A stretch of DNA of 64,000 bases from Mycoplasma sp. CAG:472 (GCA_000437315.1 FR899415.1:23713-87712); one strand, 5' to 3'; positions 49,780 to 60,530 are shown, numbered from the stretch's first letter. Numbers and translations: made by a program. Notes: generated by a model from the sequence alone, not told the origin.

Positions 49780-51135
49780 CTAAAATTCACAATTTTTTGG
49801 TGTTCTTGGGAAAAGTATTACATCACGAATATTATCTACACCAGTAAGATAAATAAGAAGTCTTTCAAATCCCATTCCAAAACCTGAATGAACACATGAA
49901 CCATATCTTCTTAAATTTAAATACCAATCCATACTTTCAGTATCCATATTAAGTTCTATCATACGAGCAATAAGTTTATCATAGTTTTCCTCTCTTTGAC
50001 TTCCACCCATTAACTCACCTGCTTCAGGTACTTCAAGATCTACTGCCGCAACAGTTTTACCATCATCATTTTGTTTCATATAAAATGCTTTAATGTCTTT
50101 TGGCCAGTTATAAATAAATACTGGTCCATTAAAATATTCTGTAATATATTTTTCGTGTTCTTTAGCAATATCTTCACCATATTTTGGTTCAAATTCAAAT
50201 TTTTTACCACTTTCAAGCAAAAGTTTAATACATTCTTCATGGGTAATTCTTGTAAATTTTGAATTAACTAATTTTGTAAGTTTTTCTATTAAACCTTTTT
50301 CTACAAAACTATCTAAAAATTTCATTTCATCTTGAGCATTATCAAGAACATACTTAACAACATACTTAAGCATATCTTCCATAACTACCATATCTTCATT
50401 AAGATCTGCAAAAGCAATTTCTGGTTCAACCATCCAAAATTCTGCAGCGTGAGTTTTTGTATTACTATCTTCTGCTCTAAAAGTTGGTCCAAATGTATAA
50501 ACTTTTTTATAAGCAAGAGCACATGTTTCTGCTTGAAGTTGTCCTGATACAGTAAGTGCAGTCTTTTTACCAAAAAAATCTTTTGAATAATCTGGTTTTT
50601 CTCCCAAAGGAAGAGTTGTTACTTCAAACATTTGACCAGCACCTTCGCAATCACTTGCAGTAATAAGTGGTGTATGTACATATACATAGTTATGTTCATT
50701 AAAATATTTATGTATTGCATAAGCCGCTACACTTCTTACTCTAAATACGGCAGTAAATAGGTTTGTTCTTGGTCTTAAATAAGCTTGCTCTCTTAAAAAC
50801 TCACGAGAATGTCTTTTTGGCTGAATTGGGTAGTCTTCAGGACAAGAGGATAAAATATCAATAGAGTTTGCTTTAATTTCATAATCTTCTTTCCCTTCCG
50901 AAGGAACTAAAGTACCTTTTATTTTTAATGCAGATGACACTAAAAGTTTACTTACATCCTCAAAATTATTTAAAGTTTTATCATAAACTACTTGGATTCC
51001 ACCTTGAGTAGTACCATCAGAAAATGATATGAAACCAAATTCTTTCTGAGGACGATGATTTTTAATCCATCCACATATTTCTATTTCTTTTCCAACATAT
51101 TGCTTTTTTTCTTTTAATAAATCTTTTATATCCAT
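49780..51135 (-). CDS. asnS: asparagine--tRNA ligase
   Basis: Collinear with E. coli AsnRS (HLRPRTN, TPLITASD.EGAG.MF, YTFGPTFRAE.SNT, GGSQREE, RYG..PHSGFG.GFERL, FPRTP.N). Confidence 0.9.
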   Translation of the reverse strand: MDIKDLLKEKKQYVGKEIEICGWIKNHRPQKEFGFISFSDGTTQGGIQVVYDKTLNNFEDVSKLLVSSALKIKGTLVPSEGKEDYEIKANSIDILSSCPEDYPIQPKRHSREFLREQAYLRPRTNLFTAVFRVRSVAAYAIHKYFNEHNYVYVHTPLITASDCEGAGQMFEVTTLPLGEKPDYSKDFFGKKTALTVSGQLQAETCALAYKKVYTFGPTFRAEDSNTKTHAAEFWMVEPEIAFADLNEDMVVMEDMLKYVVKYVLDNAQDEMKFLDSFVEKGLIEKLTKLVNSKFTRITHEECIKLLLESGKKFEFEPKYGEDIAKEHEKYITEYFNGPVFIYNWPKDIKAFYMKQNDDGKTVAAVDLEVPEAGELMGGSQREENYDKLIARMIELNMDTESMDWYLNLRRYGSCVHSGFGMGFERLLIYLTGVDNIRDVILFPRTPKNCEF

Positions 51136-51136
51136 T

Positions 51137-52369
51137 TTAAATCACTCCTAAAATATAATCTATTATTTCATCTTCAGGAACTTTTACTTCTTCTTTTGTA
51201 ACATTATCTTTTACCGTAATAAGTCCTTTAGATAAATCTTCACTATTAAGTATAATTAAATTTTTTGCATTCATATTATCAGCCTCTTTAAACTGAGATT
51301 TTAAACTTTTACCCATAACATTAGTTTCACATATAATATTATTAAGTCTTAAATCTTGTGTAATAATATTTGCTTTAATCTTTTCTTCATCATTTACACA
51401 CATTACATATACATCAATGTTATTAAAACTTTCATCATTCATTTCATTAATAATTCTTTCTATACCACAAGCAAAACCTACCGCTGGTACTTCAGGTCCT
51501 CCTAAATTTTTAACAAGGTGATTGTATCTTCCACCACCACCAAGTGCTAAAGAATCATTAAGTTTAAGTTCATAAACCATATAATCATAATAATCAAGAC
51601 CTCTTACTAAAGTATTATCTACTTCATAATCAATGTCTAGATAATCTAAATATGTTAATATTTTATTAAATCTTTCATTACTTTCTTTAGAATGATAGTC
51701 TAGTATACTTGGGGCATTTTTAAGTATTTCACTTTGATCATCTACTTTACAATCAAGTATTCTTAAAGGATTAGTTTTAATTCTATTTTGACAATCTTCA
51801 CATAAATCATTTATATGTGGTGTTAAATACTCTACTAAAGCTTTTTTATAATTTTCTCTATCTTCTACTGAACCTAAATTATTAATTTTAACAGTAACAT
51901 CAAGTCCAAGTTCTTTTAAAATGTTATAGGAAAATGATATTACTTCAGCATCCATCATTTCATCATCAGAACCTAAACATTCAACACCAAATTGAGTAAA
52001 TTCACGATTTCTACCTAATCCTGGTCTTTCATAACGATACATTGTTCCAATATAAAATTCTTTAACTACAGATGACTGATTTCCATAAAGCTTATCCTCA
52101 ATAAAGTTTCTTACTACTCCAGCAGTACCTTCAGGTCTTAAAGTAAAACTTCTTCCTCCACGATCAGTAAAATCATAAGTCTCTTTTTGAACTATATCTG
52201 TGGTATCTCCTACACCTCTTTTAAAAAGTTCTGTACTTTCAAAAAGTGGTGTCCTAATATATTTATAATTATAAATCTTAGCATATGCAGAAACTACTTC
52301 GCATATTCTTTGATACTTTTTTGCAACTTCACCAGTTACATCATAACATCCTTTAGGTTTTGTAATCAT
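51137..52369 (-). CDS. hisS: histidine--tRNA ligase
   Basis: 410 aa, class II HisRS motifs (RPEGTAGVVR, GGGRYN). Confidence 0.9.
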   Translation of the reverse strand: MITKPKGCYDVTGEVAKKYQRICEVVSAYAKIYNYKYIRTPLFESTELFKRGVGDTTDIVQKETYDFTDRGGRSFTLRPEGTAGVVRNFIEDKLYGNQSSVVKEFYIGTMYRYERPGLGRNREFTQFGVECLGSDDEMMDAEVISFSYNILKELGLDVTVKINNLGSVEDRENYKKALVEYLTPHINDLCEDCQNRIKTNPLRILDCKVDDQSEILKNAPSILDYHSKESNERFNKILTYLDYLDIDYEVDNTLVRGLDYYDYMVYELKLNDSLALGGGGRYNHLVKNLGGPEVPAVGFACGIERIINEMNDESFNNIDVYVMCVNDEEKIKANIITQDLRLNNIICETNVMGKSLKSQFKEADNMNAKNLIILNSEDLSKGLITVKDNVTKEEVKVPEDEIIDYILGVI

Positions 52370-52381
52370 TTTAATTCCTCC

Positions 52382-52560
52382 TTATTACAAAAAAACCTAG
52401 ATACTGTAAGGGCAGAAATAAATTCCACGGTACCACCTTACTTCTAGGTCTTAACTTTTTATCGCACTTATGCGTTTCTATGTTAACAAAAGTTTGTCAG
52501 GCTTTCCATAGAAAAAATATTACTTTTTTAATATAACACAAATATAATAAAAATGCTACA
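52382..52560 (-). promoter_or_regulatory. T-box riboswitch leader of the hisS-asnS-aspS-gatCAB operon
   Basis: Minus-strand RNA contains the T-box sequence AAGGUGGUACCGUGG. This is followed by a hairpin (CCUAGAAGUAAGG...CCUUACAGUAUCUAGG) and U7. Promoter-like TTGTAG-N16-TGTTATATT upstream. Confidence 0.6.
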
Positions 52561-52596
52561 AAAAATCGATGATTTTTTAACTTTTTAACTATATTA

Positions 52597-52626
52597 AAAA
52601 AAGTCACAACTAAGTGACTTAAAGTT
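52597..52626 (-). terminator. Rho-independent terminator of trxA
   Basis: AAGUCAC-loop-GUGACUU followed by UUUUUUAAUAU on the minus strand. Overlaps the trxA stop. Confidence 0.55.
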
Positions 52627-52915
52627 TTTTAAATTCTTCTTTGATTTCTTCTAAAGAACGGTATCCAATTTCCCTGTTTTGTTCAAGACCATTATTAAAA
52701 AATATTAAGGTTGGTATGCTCATTACCCCAAATCTTTTTGCAATTTCTGGTTGTTCATCAACATTTACCTTTAAAACATCAGTAAAGTCAATTTCATCAA
52801 GAATTGGAAGAAGCATCTTACATGGTCCACACCAATCTGCATAAAAATCAACAATTGGTTTTCCCTCTTTTAAAAGGTCATAAAACTCCGTTTCATTTTG
52901 AATGTGTTTAATCAT
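52619..52915 (-). CDS. trxA: thioredoxin
   Basis: WCGPCK active site. 98 aa. Confidence 0.92.
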   Translation of the reverse strand: MIKHIQNETEFYDLLKEGKPIVDFYADWCGPCKMLLPILDEIDFTDVLKVNVDEQPEIAKRFGVMSIPTLIFFNNGLEQNREIGYRSLEEIKEEFKKL

Positions 52916-52928
52916 ATTTGTTCCTTTC

Positions 52929-53624
52929 TTACGCTATTATAACATGATTTAAATGTAATTTACCATTATCAATGCTTGCTTGAATAAGTGGTTTTTCAAC
53001 TAAAGCATATTTAGCAACTGAAGTAGCAATAGAAATATTCATATTTTCAACATCTTCTTCATTAAATGTATAGTCTTTTAATTTTAGATATACATCCTCT
53101 CCTACTAAAATACCTTTACTAAATGTAACATTTAAAACTGGTGTTCTTTCAACTATTTTTGTAGCCATAGAACTTTCCATAACATATTTTTGAGTATATG
53201 GAATTTCAAGCATAATATAACAAGCAATAAATACAAATATTAATCCATTAACAGCACCTAAAATAGCACCAATTATTTTTGAAACTGTATTATAAACAAG
53301 ACTAAGTTTAACTAAATAGTCAATGAATCCTGCTATATTAATTAGAATATTCAAAATACAATATAATAATACAAAAACTACAACAAATGATATTACATCA
53401 TAAATTAGAAAGTTTAATGAATAAAGTCCAACATATCCTTTGAAATTAAAAAATGGCATAGTCTTAATTAATAAAGCCGTTAAATAACTTTTTAATAAAT
53501 AAGAAATAATTAGAATAGCAAGTGTTCCAATAAGTTCAAATATTTCTTTAACAGCACCTTTTTTAAGTCCAATAAGCACACCTAGTAACATAATAACTAA
53601 AATAACAATCTCAATAATTTTCAT
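52929..53624 (-). CDS. CvpA-family membrane protein
   Basis: N-terminal MKIIEIVILVIMLLGVLIGLKKGAVKEIFELIG and four TM segments as in the CvpA family. Confidence 0.55.
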   Translation of the reverse strand: MKIIEIVILVIMLLGVLIGLKKGAVKEIFELIGTLAILIISYLLKSYLTALLIKTMPFFNFKGYVGLYSLNFLIYDVISFVVVFVLLYCILNILINIAGFIDYLVKLSLVYNTVSKIIGAILGAVNGLIFVFIACYIMLEIPYTQKYVMESSMATKIVERTPVLNVTFSKGILVGEDVYLKLKDYTFNEEDVENMNISIATSVAKYALVEKPLIQASIDNGKLHLNHVIIA

Positions 53625-53770
53625 TTGTAACCTCTTTCCTATTATTAATTATATAATATAAAAAATAAAAAATAAAGTCCAAAAATTAACTTTTATTTTG
53701 TTTTACATTATTTTAAATCTAAAAGATGACAATTTAATAAAAATATTTTATAATATATCTAGGTGATGAA

Positions 53771-54694
53771 ATGAACTGTGTAGTATTTAAATTAGATGAA
53801 AGACTTCATGAAAAATTAATAAAATTTTATAAGGCTTATGAAATAAAAACTCCACCATATGCTAAATTTGCCGCTAAAAACTATGATGTAACTATAACTT
53901 TATATGAAAAAGGCAAAGTTATGTTTCAAGGAGTTGGTGCTGATATTGAGGCAAGTATATGGCAAAGTATGCAGTCTAAACTAACTGGCAAACCGGTAGA
54001 AAATGCGGTAAAAAGTAAAGATAATAAAAAAAATGAAAAAGATGATTTTTATGTATACTATTCCTCTATTGGAAGTGATGAAACAGGCTGTGGAGATTTC
54101 TTTGGACCAGTTGTTGTCGTGGCAACTTATGTACCCTCAAATAAAATTAAAGAATTAGAAAATTTAGGTATAAAAGATTCTAAAAAAATAAATGATGATA
54201 TTATTATGAAAGTTGCTCCAGAAATTATGAAAACAACACCTTATACTTTCTTTGTTTTATGTAATAAAGATTTTAATGATTTAATGGAAAAAAACTACAA
54301 TATGGTACAAATTAAAGCAATTCTTCATAATAAAGTTTTAATGGATTTAGTAAAAAAATATAATCCAGATTATAAATACCCCGTTGTTGATCAATTTGTT
54401 AATGAAAAGAAATTTTATAGTTATTTAAAAGACGATGATACAGCTTTAAGAGGAATAAAATTTTATACAAAAGGTGAAAGTAAATGTATGAGTGTTGCAG
54501 CAGCATCAGTTATTGCAAGATACATCTTTATTAATGAAATGGACAAATTAAGTAAAATATCTGGATTTAATTTACATAAAGGTGCAGGTATTGAAGTTGA
54601 TAATCAAATTAAAGAAATAATTCAAAAAAAAGGAAAAGATTACCTTTATCAAATTGGTAAAGTTTCCTTTAATAATTACACTAAATTAAAATAA
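53771..54694 (+). CDS. rnhC: ribonuclease HIII
   Basis: N-terminal RNase HIII-specific domain plus catalytic SIGSDETGCGDFFGPVVV motif. Confidence 0.88.
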   Translation: MNCVVFKLDERLHEKLIKFYKAYEIKTPPYAKFAAKNYDVTITLYEKGKVMFQGVGADIEASIWQSMQSKLTGKPVENAVKSKDNKKNEKDDFYVYYSSIGSDETGCGDFFGPVVVVATYVPSNKIKELENLGIKDSKKINDDIIMKVAPEIMKTTPYTFFVLCNKDFNDLMEKNYNMVQIKAILHNKVLMDLVKKYNPDYKYPVVDQFVNEKKFYSYLKDDDTALRGIKFYTKGESKCMSVAAASVIARYIFINEMDKLSKISGFNLHKGAGIEVDNQIKEIIQKKGKDYLYQIGKVSFNNYTKLK

Positions 54695-55624
54695 TTAATT
54701 GCAAAATTCTAAAGCCATTATATTTAAAATAACACTTTTATCATATAAACCAGATTTATATTTGTAATCATAATCAGCAAGTCTAATTATGATTTTTTTT
54801 ATTTCTGATAATGAATAATTATCTTTTATATTATTATAATCATTTAATTGCCAAGGCTCTTTTCCATAAGTAAAACATAATTTTTTAACATCATCAGTGG
54901 TTTTTAAAAGATATAAAAAGTTCATTTCTTTATAAAAAGTTATAATAATAACATTTGGATCTATTTTAAGTTTTTCTAAATCATTTATTAATGATGTACA
55001 ATTAATATCTTTATTCATTAAACATCTTACAAATTTAAATGCACTTACATTGTAAGACACACTTACTATTTTTTTAATGTCCTCTAAAGAAAGATTACCT
55101 TTTTTAAAAAATAAACATATTTTATCTATCTCTGATAAACAAATATCATAATTTACATAAGAATTTTCAACTATATAATTACCTATTTCATAATTAATAT
55201 TAATATTATTTTTTTTAAGTACATTTATACATTCATAAACCATTTCCTTTTTATTAAAGGGATTAAGTTCAATGTAATTATTAGAAATACTTTTAAAAAT
55301 CTTTTTTCTTTTATCCGGAACTTCATAACTTGTAAATATTAATGTAACTAAACTATTAGGATTTTCAATATATTTAAGAAGTAATTCTTCGTTTTTATTT
55401 TTACCTTCTTCTTTATTTTTTTTTGCTATAAATAAATCATTGCTTTTTACTATAATACATTTTTCTTCACCAGTAAGTGAATAATAATTTGCTTCCTCGA
55501 TTACATCTGTTATACTATTTACTTTTAAATCAAATTTTAAGACATTAGAAAAACCATTAATGATTTCATTAACTTTTTCATTTATTCTTTTATAGCTATC
55601 TGAGTAAATTAAATAAATCTTCAT
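54695..55624 (-). CDS. DNA polymerase III subunit delta-like (HolA-like)
   Basis: 309 aa. N-terminal IYLIYSDSY..., a KRKK.FK segment and a C-terminal helical region resembling HolA domain III. Weak similarity. Confidence 0.35.
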   Translation of the reverse strand: MKIYLIYSDSYKRINEKVNEIINGFSNVLKFDLKVNSITDVIEEANYYSLTGEEKCIIVKSNDLFIAKKNKEEGKNKNEELLLKYIENPNSLVTLIFTSYEVPDKRKKIFKSISNNYIELNPFNKKEMVYECINVLKKNNININYEIGNYIVENSYVNYDICLSEIDKICLFFKKGNLSLEDIKKIVSVSYNVSAFKFVRCLMNKDINCTSLINDLEKLKIDPNVIIITFYKEMNFLYLLKTTDDVKKLCFTYGKEPWQLNDYNNIKDNYSLSEIKKIIIRLADYDYKYKSGLYDKSVILNIMALEFCN

Positions 55625-55739
55625 AAAAATATTATATAAAATTTTTCATCAAAATAAAAGAGCCTTTTAAGTAGGCTCCATCTATTTAAACATTACAAGT
55701 AATGTTACCTTATTTTATGATAGTATTTTAAGTTTGTTA

Positions 55740-56075
55740 CTAAAGGTTATCTTTTATTACAATTAGTTTATCATAAAGATTTTCATATAAAAGCTTACTT
55801 GCAAGGTCCATCATAATACCATTATTCATCATATGGCCCTCACCTTCTTCGTCTTCACTATTATCTTTTATAATATTCCAATACACGTTACTATATGCTT
55901 TTTTAGTTTTATCACTTATATTATTTAAATTTTCACCAACATCAACAACTATTTTAATTATTTTCATATATTCATTTGTATTATTATAAAAATAATCATA
56001 ATCTTTATCTTTAGTTTTAATATTTAAAATTTTTAAATTTTTTATAATTTTTTCTACTTTTTGTTTATCAGTCAT
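55740..56075 (-). CDS. hypothetical protein (111 aa)
   Basis: ORF only. Terminator hairpin GGAGCC...GGCUCU plus U-tract at 55663..55685. Confidence 0.4.
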   Translation of the reverse strand: MTDKQKVEKIIKNLKILNIKTKDKDYDYFYNNTNEYMKIIKIVVDVGENLNNISDKTKKAYSNVYWNIIKDNSEDEEGEGHMMNNGIMMDLASKLLYENLYDKLIVIKDNL

Positions 56076-56077
56076 AA

Positions 56078-56515
56078 TTATAATACTTTCCCTTCTTTAT
56101 AACACTCATAAATATATGATGGATTTTCATAATACATGCTACTATCATAATTATCTATCTTTGTTATAATCCATGAAGTTAATACTTTAATTAAGTTATC
56201 AATATAATCCTCTTTACTACCACTTATTTGTTTAATAAGTCTTTCATATACAGCACCAATTTCAAAATAAGATGGTACTCTACTTTTGCAATTATCTATT
56301 TTATAATTACCATTTTCTATATTGCATTCATTAATTATTTCATCACTAACTTTATCTATATTTTCAGAATGATATACTTCAGCTAAATTATAAATTTTTA
56401 CTAAAAAATCTTTGCCAATTTTATTTACAACATATTCTTTTGTATTATGAGTTTTTCTAGCAATATACTCAATTAAACTGCATAAATAAAATAAATCGTT
56501 ATCGTAACTACTCAT
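56078..56515 (-). CDS. DUF3791-like protein (145 aa)
   Basis: N-terminal FYLCSLIEYIARKTHNTKEYVVNKIGKDFLVKIYNLAEVYHSE matches the pattern of the small helical DUF3791 partner proteins of DUF3990. Confidence 0.45.
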   Translation of the reverse strand: MSSYDNDLFYLCSLIEYIARKTHNTKEYVVNKIGKDFLVKIYNLAEVYHSENIDKVSDEIINECNIENGNYKIDNCKSRVPSYFEIGAVYERLIKQISGSKEDYIDNLIKVLTSWIITKIDNYDSSMYYENPSYIYECYKEGKVL

Positions 56516-57044
56516 TTGTGCACTCCTTACACTCTAAAAATTTTAAACATTTTAATGCTTTTTCACTACAAAATGCAATTTGATGTGTTGGATGTCTAAA
56601 CTTTGCCAATTCCCAAAATGCCTCTCTTGTTATAACACCATCAATCAAGTCAGTAATATAATTATAAATTTGGTCATCTGCCATTGCTCCGATTACAATA
56701 TCATAATTATGTTTTTTACCATTTCTAGAATTAATTATAAAGTCAAGCCATTCTTCACTCAATATATTAAACTCTTTAATTTTTAAATTTAAATTTTCAT
56801 TGTATTCATATATATTTAATACAGGAGTATCAAATTTTTTTGCCCACTTAATTGCTTGTTCCTTTAATATTGTACAATAAAAACCTTCACCAAAATCTTT
56901 CGTGTATTTTCCGGTTATAATTTTTGGATTTTCAATTTTATAATAGTTACCATGATATATATTCATAAAAACCTCATTAATGTCATTATACAATAATTTA
57001 AATAATAAACAAAGTGGATACTTTATATTTTTAACAAAATTCAA
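56508..57044 (-). CDS. DUF3990-family protein
   Basis: YHGNYYKIENP...DFGEGFYCT...QAIKWAKK parallels the DUF3990 signature (HGS...DFG.GFY.T.....A..WA). Confidence 0.55.
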   Translation of the reverse strand: MNFVKNIKYPLCLLFKLLYNDINEVFMNIYHGNYYKIENPKIITGKYTKDFGEGFYCTILKEQAIKWAKKFDTPVLNIYEYNENLNLKIKEFNILSEEWLDFIINSRNGKKHNYDIVIGAMADDQIYNYITDLIDGVITREAFWELAKFRHPTHQIAFCSEKALKCLKFLECKECTNE

Positions 57045-57093
57045 TTATTTATGAAGTGTTGAATGCTTTTAGTTAATTCTCCTTAACATAAAA

Positions 57094-58665
57094 TTATAGT
57101 ATAAAAATTTTTGAGTTTCTTTTATAAATCGAAGTAATTATTTTTGCAATCTTTATTCCCTCAATAGCACTTGTTGTAATACCTCCAGCATAACCAGAAC
57201 CCTCTCCAATTGGATATAAACCTTTGATATTACTTTCCATATTTTCATTTCTAATAAATTTAACAGGACTACTTGTTTTACTTTCTACTGCGGCAATTAT
57301 GACATTATCATCATCAAAACCTTTTATTTTTTTACCAAAATAAGTAATTGCCTCTTTTAAAGAGGTGTTTATATAATCAGGAAATACTTCATTAATATTT
57401 GCATAGGTATAATTTCCCTTTATTTTTAAGTTTAATAAATCTTTTGGATTATAAACATTATTTTTATAGTCTTTAAACGTTTGAACTAATATTTTACCAT
57501 TTCCTAAACTATATGCTTTCTTTTCTAAGTTTTCTTGATATTTTATACCATCTAAAGGACCCTCACCAAAATCTTTATTATTAACTGTAACAATAATTGC
57601 ACTATTTGATATATTACTATCTCTTTTTGAATAACTCATACCATTAATTGATAAATAGCCATACTCACTCGAAGAATTTACGACAAATCCTCCCGGGCAC
57701 ATACAAAATGAATATACACCCCTATTAGTGCTTGCTTGATAAGTTAATTTATATTCTGCTGGTGGTAAGAAATCTTTATACTTTCCATATTGATTTTCAT
57801 TAATCATATTTTGATCATGCATTATTCTAATTCCCACAGCAAAAGGTTTATTTTCTATTAAAACACCTTTTTCATAAAGCATATTAAATGTATCTTTTGC
57901 ACCATGACCAATTGCAATAATTAGATTATCTGTTTCATAAATATCTTTATTATTAATAACTACTCCAGTAATTTTATTATCCTTTATTAAGATATTTGTT
58001 AAAGTGCTTTCAAAATGTATTTCACCACCATTTAAAATAATTTTTTCACGCATATTTTTAACAATACCAGTCAATTTATCAGTACCAATATGAGGATGAT
58101 TTTCATAAAGAATCTTTTCATCAGCACCATTATCATAAAATATTTCAAGTACTTTTGAAATTAAACCCTCTTTATCTTTAATACTTGTCATAAGTTTTCC
58201 ATCAGAAAATGTACCTGCTCCACCCTCACCAAAAAGTACATTAGAATTTGAATTTAACTTATTATTAAGCCAAAACTCTTTAATATCTTTTTCTCTTTCC
58301 TCAACTTGTTTTCCTCTTTCAAAAACTATTATTTTATAACCAAGTGAAGATAAAATGTATGAAGCAAACATACCTGCCGGACCAAAGCCAATAATTATAA
58401 TAGGTTTTGATAATATTTTATTACCAGTTACTTTTATTTCATTATTAATAAAATTTGGTTCTAAAATATCTTCATTAAATCTAATTTTTTCATTTGTATT
58501 TACTAAAACATCATAAACATAAAAAACATTACTTTTATTTCTTGCATCAATAGATTTATGTAATATCTTTTGAATAGTAAAATTATCTGTTTTAATTTTC
58601 TTAGAAATCATTTCCTTTAAATTATTTGTTTTAACATCTACTTTAATATTTCTAATTCTGATCAT
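57094..58665 (-). CDS. NAD(P)/FAD-dependent oxidoreductase (COG2509-like)
   Basis: N-terminal extension, then dinucleotide-binding motif IIIGFGPAGMFASYIL and a C-terminal FAD-dependent domain. Confidence 0.7.
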   Translation of the reverse strand: MIRIRNIKVDVKTNNLKEMISKKIKTDNFTIQKILHKSIDARNKSNVFYVYDVLVNTNEKIRFNEDILEPNFINNEIKVTGNKILSKPIIIIGFGPAGMFASYILSSLGYKIIVFERGKQVEEREKDIKEFWLNNKLNSNSNVLFGEGGAGTFSDGKLMTSIKDKEGLISKVLEIFYDNGADEKILYENHPHIGTDKLTGIVKNMREKIILNGGEIHFESTLTNILIKDNKITGVVINNKDIYETDNLIIAIGHGAKDTFNMLYEKGVLIENKPFAVGIRIMHDQNMINENQYGKYKDFLPPAEYKLTYQASTNRGVYSFCMCPGGFVVNSSSEYGYLSINGMSYSKRDSNISNSAIIVTVNNKDFGEGPLDGIKYQENLEKKAYSLGNGKILVQTFKDYKNNVYNPKDLLNLKIKGNYTYANINEVFPDYINTSLKEAITYFGKKIKGFDDDNVIIAAVESKTSSPVKFIRNENMESNIKGLYPIGEGSGYAGGITTSAIEGIKIAKIITSIYKRNSKIFIL

Positions 58666-59833
58666 TTATATTCCTTCCGGCAATTAAACCTGTTATAAAA
58701 CACTGCATTAAATTATAACCACCACATTTACCTGTTAAATCAAGTATTTCACCAATAAAATATAAATTTTTTATAGTATTTGACTCCATCGTAGAAATAT
58801 TAATATCTGTAAGAGGTATCCCTCCCATAGTTACTTGAGCTTTATCATAATCATTAGTTCCATAAACTTTTAAAGTAAATGATGTAAGATATTCCTTAAA
58901 TAATTTTTTTTCATTTTCAGTAAGACTTTTATATCTAGCTGTTTCTGATATATTAGTTTTTTTAAAAATATATTTTAATACTTTATAATTAATTATACTT
59001 TCAAATGCGTTAATTAAGCTTAAGTTTTCAAGTAATTTCATTCTATTTTCAATAAATGATTCCTCAGCAAAAGGTAGAAAATTTATTTTGATAGTTAGAT
59101 TAGAATTATCCTTTACATATCCACTTAAATTAAAAACACATATACCAGAAATACCATAGTTGGTAAACTGAAGTTCACCAGTTTCACAAGATAATAATTT
59201 ATTATTTTCAAATAAACTTACTTTTGCATTAAGTCTTACACCAGAAAGTTCTTTAATTGAATCTGCCTTAATTTGAGTTAAACAAGGATACATTTTAGTA
59301 AAATTAATACCTAACTTTTTAAGAATTAAATAAAGTTCTCCATCACTACCTGTTTTAGGATAACTTTTACCTCCACAGGCAATAACCAGTTTATCACACT
59401 CATATTTATTATTAATTTTAAATCCAATATTACTTTTCTTAATATCATTTACTTCCTCATTAAAAATAAAATTAATACCTAAACTTTTACATTTTTCAAA
59501 AAGTAAATTATTTACACTAGCACTATTATGTGAATAAGGATAATAATAACCATTTATAATATCAGGATATATCCCTATACTTTCAAGTTTCCTATGCATT
59601 AAATCTATTTCCCCAGGATTTATAATATTTTCTATTAAATCAGAGTTTTCAGTAAAATAACAATCACTATTAATAATTTCATTTGCATAATTACATCTTC
59701 CACTTCCTGTAAGAAGAAGTTTTTTTCCTACTTTATCATTTTTTTCAATTATTGTTACATTATTATTTCCATTTTTTGCTTTTATAGCACACATCATCCC
59801 TGATGGACCCGCACCTATTATTATTATATTCAT
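58652..59833 (-). CDS. HI0933/BaiN-like (aminoacetone oxidase family) FAD-binding flavoprotein
   Basis: MNIIIIGAGPSGMMCAIKA GxGxxG plus the HI0933-like C-terminus (FIGEILDLTGKCGGYNLMQCF). Confidence 0.75.
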   Translation of the reverse strand: MNIIIIGAGPSGMMCAIKAKNGNNNVTIIEKNDKVGKKLLLTGSGRCNYANEIINSDCYFTENSDLIENIINPGEIDLMHRKLESIGIYPDIINGYYYPYSHNSASVNNLLFEKCKSLGINFIFNEEVNDIKKSNIGFKINNKYECDKLVIACGGKSYPKTGSDGELYLILKKLGINFTKMYPCLTQIKADSIKELSGVRLNAKVSLFENNKLLSCETGELQFTNYGISGICVFNLSGYVKDNSNLTIKINFLPFAEESFIENRMKLLENLSLINAFESIINYKVLKYIFKKTNISETARYKSLTENEKKLFKEYLTSFTLKVYGTNDYDKAQVTMGGIPLTDINISTMESNTIKNLYFIGEILDLTGKCGGYNLMQCFITGLIAGRNINDQN

Positions 59834-59915
59834 ACTTTCACTCCTACGACTATTATATCAAAAAAATCCTAAAAAGGATTATTATATTTTAAAATTAGTT
59901 ATCTTAATATTTTAA

Positions 59916-60449
59916 TTATTTTAGTATAAGTTTTCTAACCATTGGTTTTGATAAAGTATTTTCTTCAGTAGCATGTAAATAGTTTTCATAAGATTTTATT
60001 TCTTTATATTCATAATCTCTTTCTAAATTTCTTTCTTCCTCCTGAAGATTTTCAATTAACTCTTTTAAAATAAGTGCACTCCCATTTAAATCATTGATTT
60101 TTTCATTAATTTCTTTTTTAGAACCCATTATTTGATCAGATATAACTTTAAAACAAACATTTAAGCCTATGAAGCATAATATGTTTTTAACATTTGGAAA
60201 AGTACATACAAAACCAGTTATAGTCATAACATTAATTAATACTTCAATTAATATTTTTATTAAAAGTTTCCTTGTTTTTTTACTTTTTTGACTTTCAATA
60301 TCTTTTTTCTCATTTTGTTTTTCCTCGATTAAATTTTGAAGTTTTAAAACCATATCTGGTTCATCATTAGTTTTAATAACCTTTAAATTGCCATTTTCAT
60401 TTGTTACAGCATATGTATTCTCATTTAAATTAATATATTCTTTATTCAT
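59916..60449 (-). CDS. small membrane/coiled-coil protein, paralog of 15171..15647
   Basis: Same architecture (TM hairpin plus coiled coil) and conserved C-terminal SKPMVRKLILK. Confidence 0.6.
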   Translation of the reverse strand: MNKEYINLNENTYAVTNENGNLKVIKTNDEPDMVLKLQNLIEEKQNEKKDIESQKSKKTRKLLIKILIEVLINVMTITGFVCTFPNVKNILCFIGLNVCFKVISDQIMGSKKEINEKINDLNGSALILKELIENLQEEERNLERDYEYKEIKSYENYLHATEENTLSKPMVRKLILK

Positions 60450-60500
60450 AATTACCTCCGAATAAAAAGTATACTAACATTATTATTAGTAAAAATCAAT

Positions 60501-60530
60501 AAAAAAGATGCCTTAGCATCTATTTTGAAT
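60501..60530 (-). terminator. Rho-independent terminator (AGAUGC-loop-GCAUCU plus U6), copy 1 of a 28-bp repeat
   Basis: AAAAAGATGCCTTAGCATCTATTTTGAA. The stop codon of the 60513..60728 gene lies in the loop. An identical copy lies at 61479..61508. Confidence 0.6.

Noticed and set aside
54695-55624. Calling the 309-aa ORF holA with confidence
   Set aside because: Similarity to DNA polymerase III delta is only pattern-level (length, N-terminal IYLIYS, C-terminal helical domain). I kept it as a low-confidence call needing profile confirmation.
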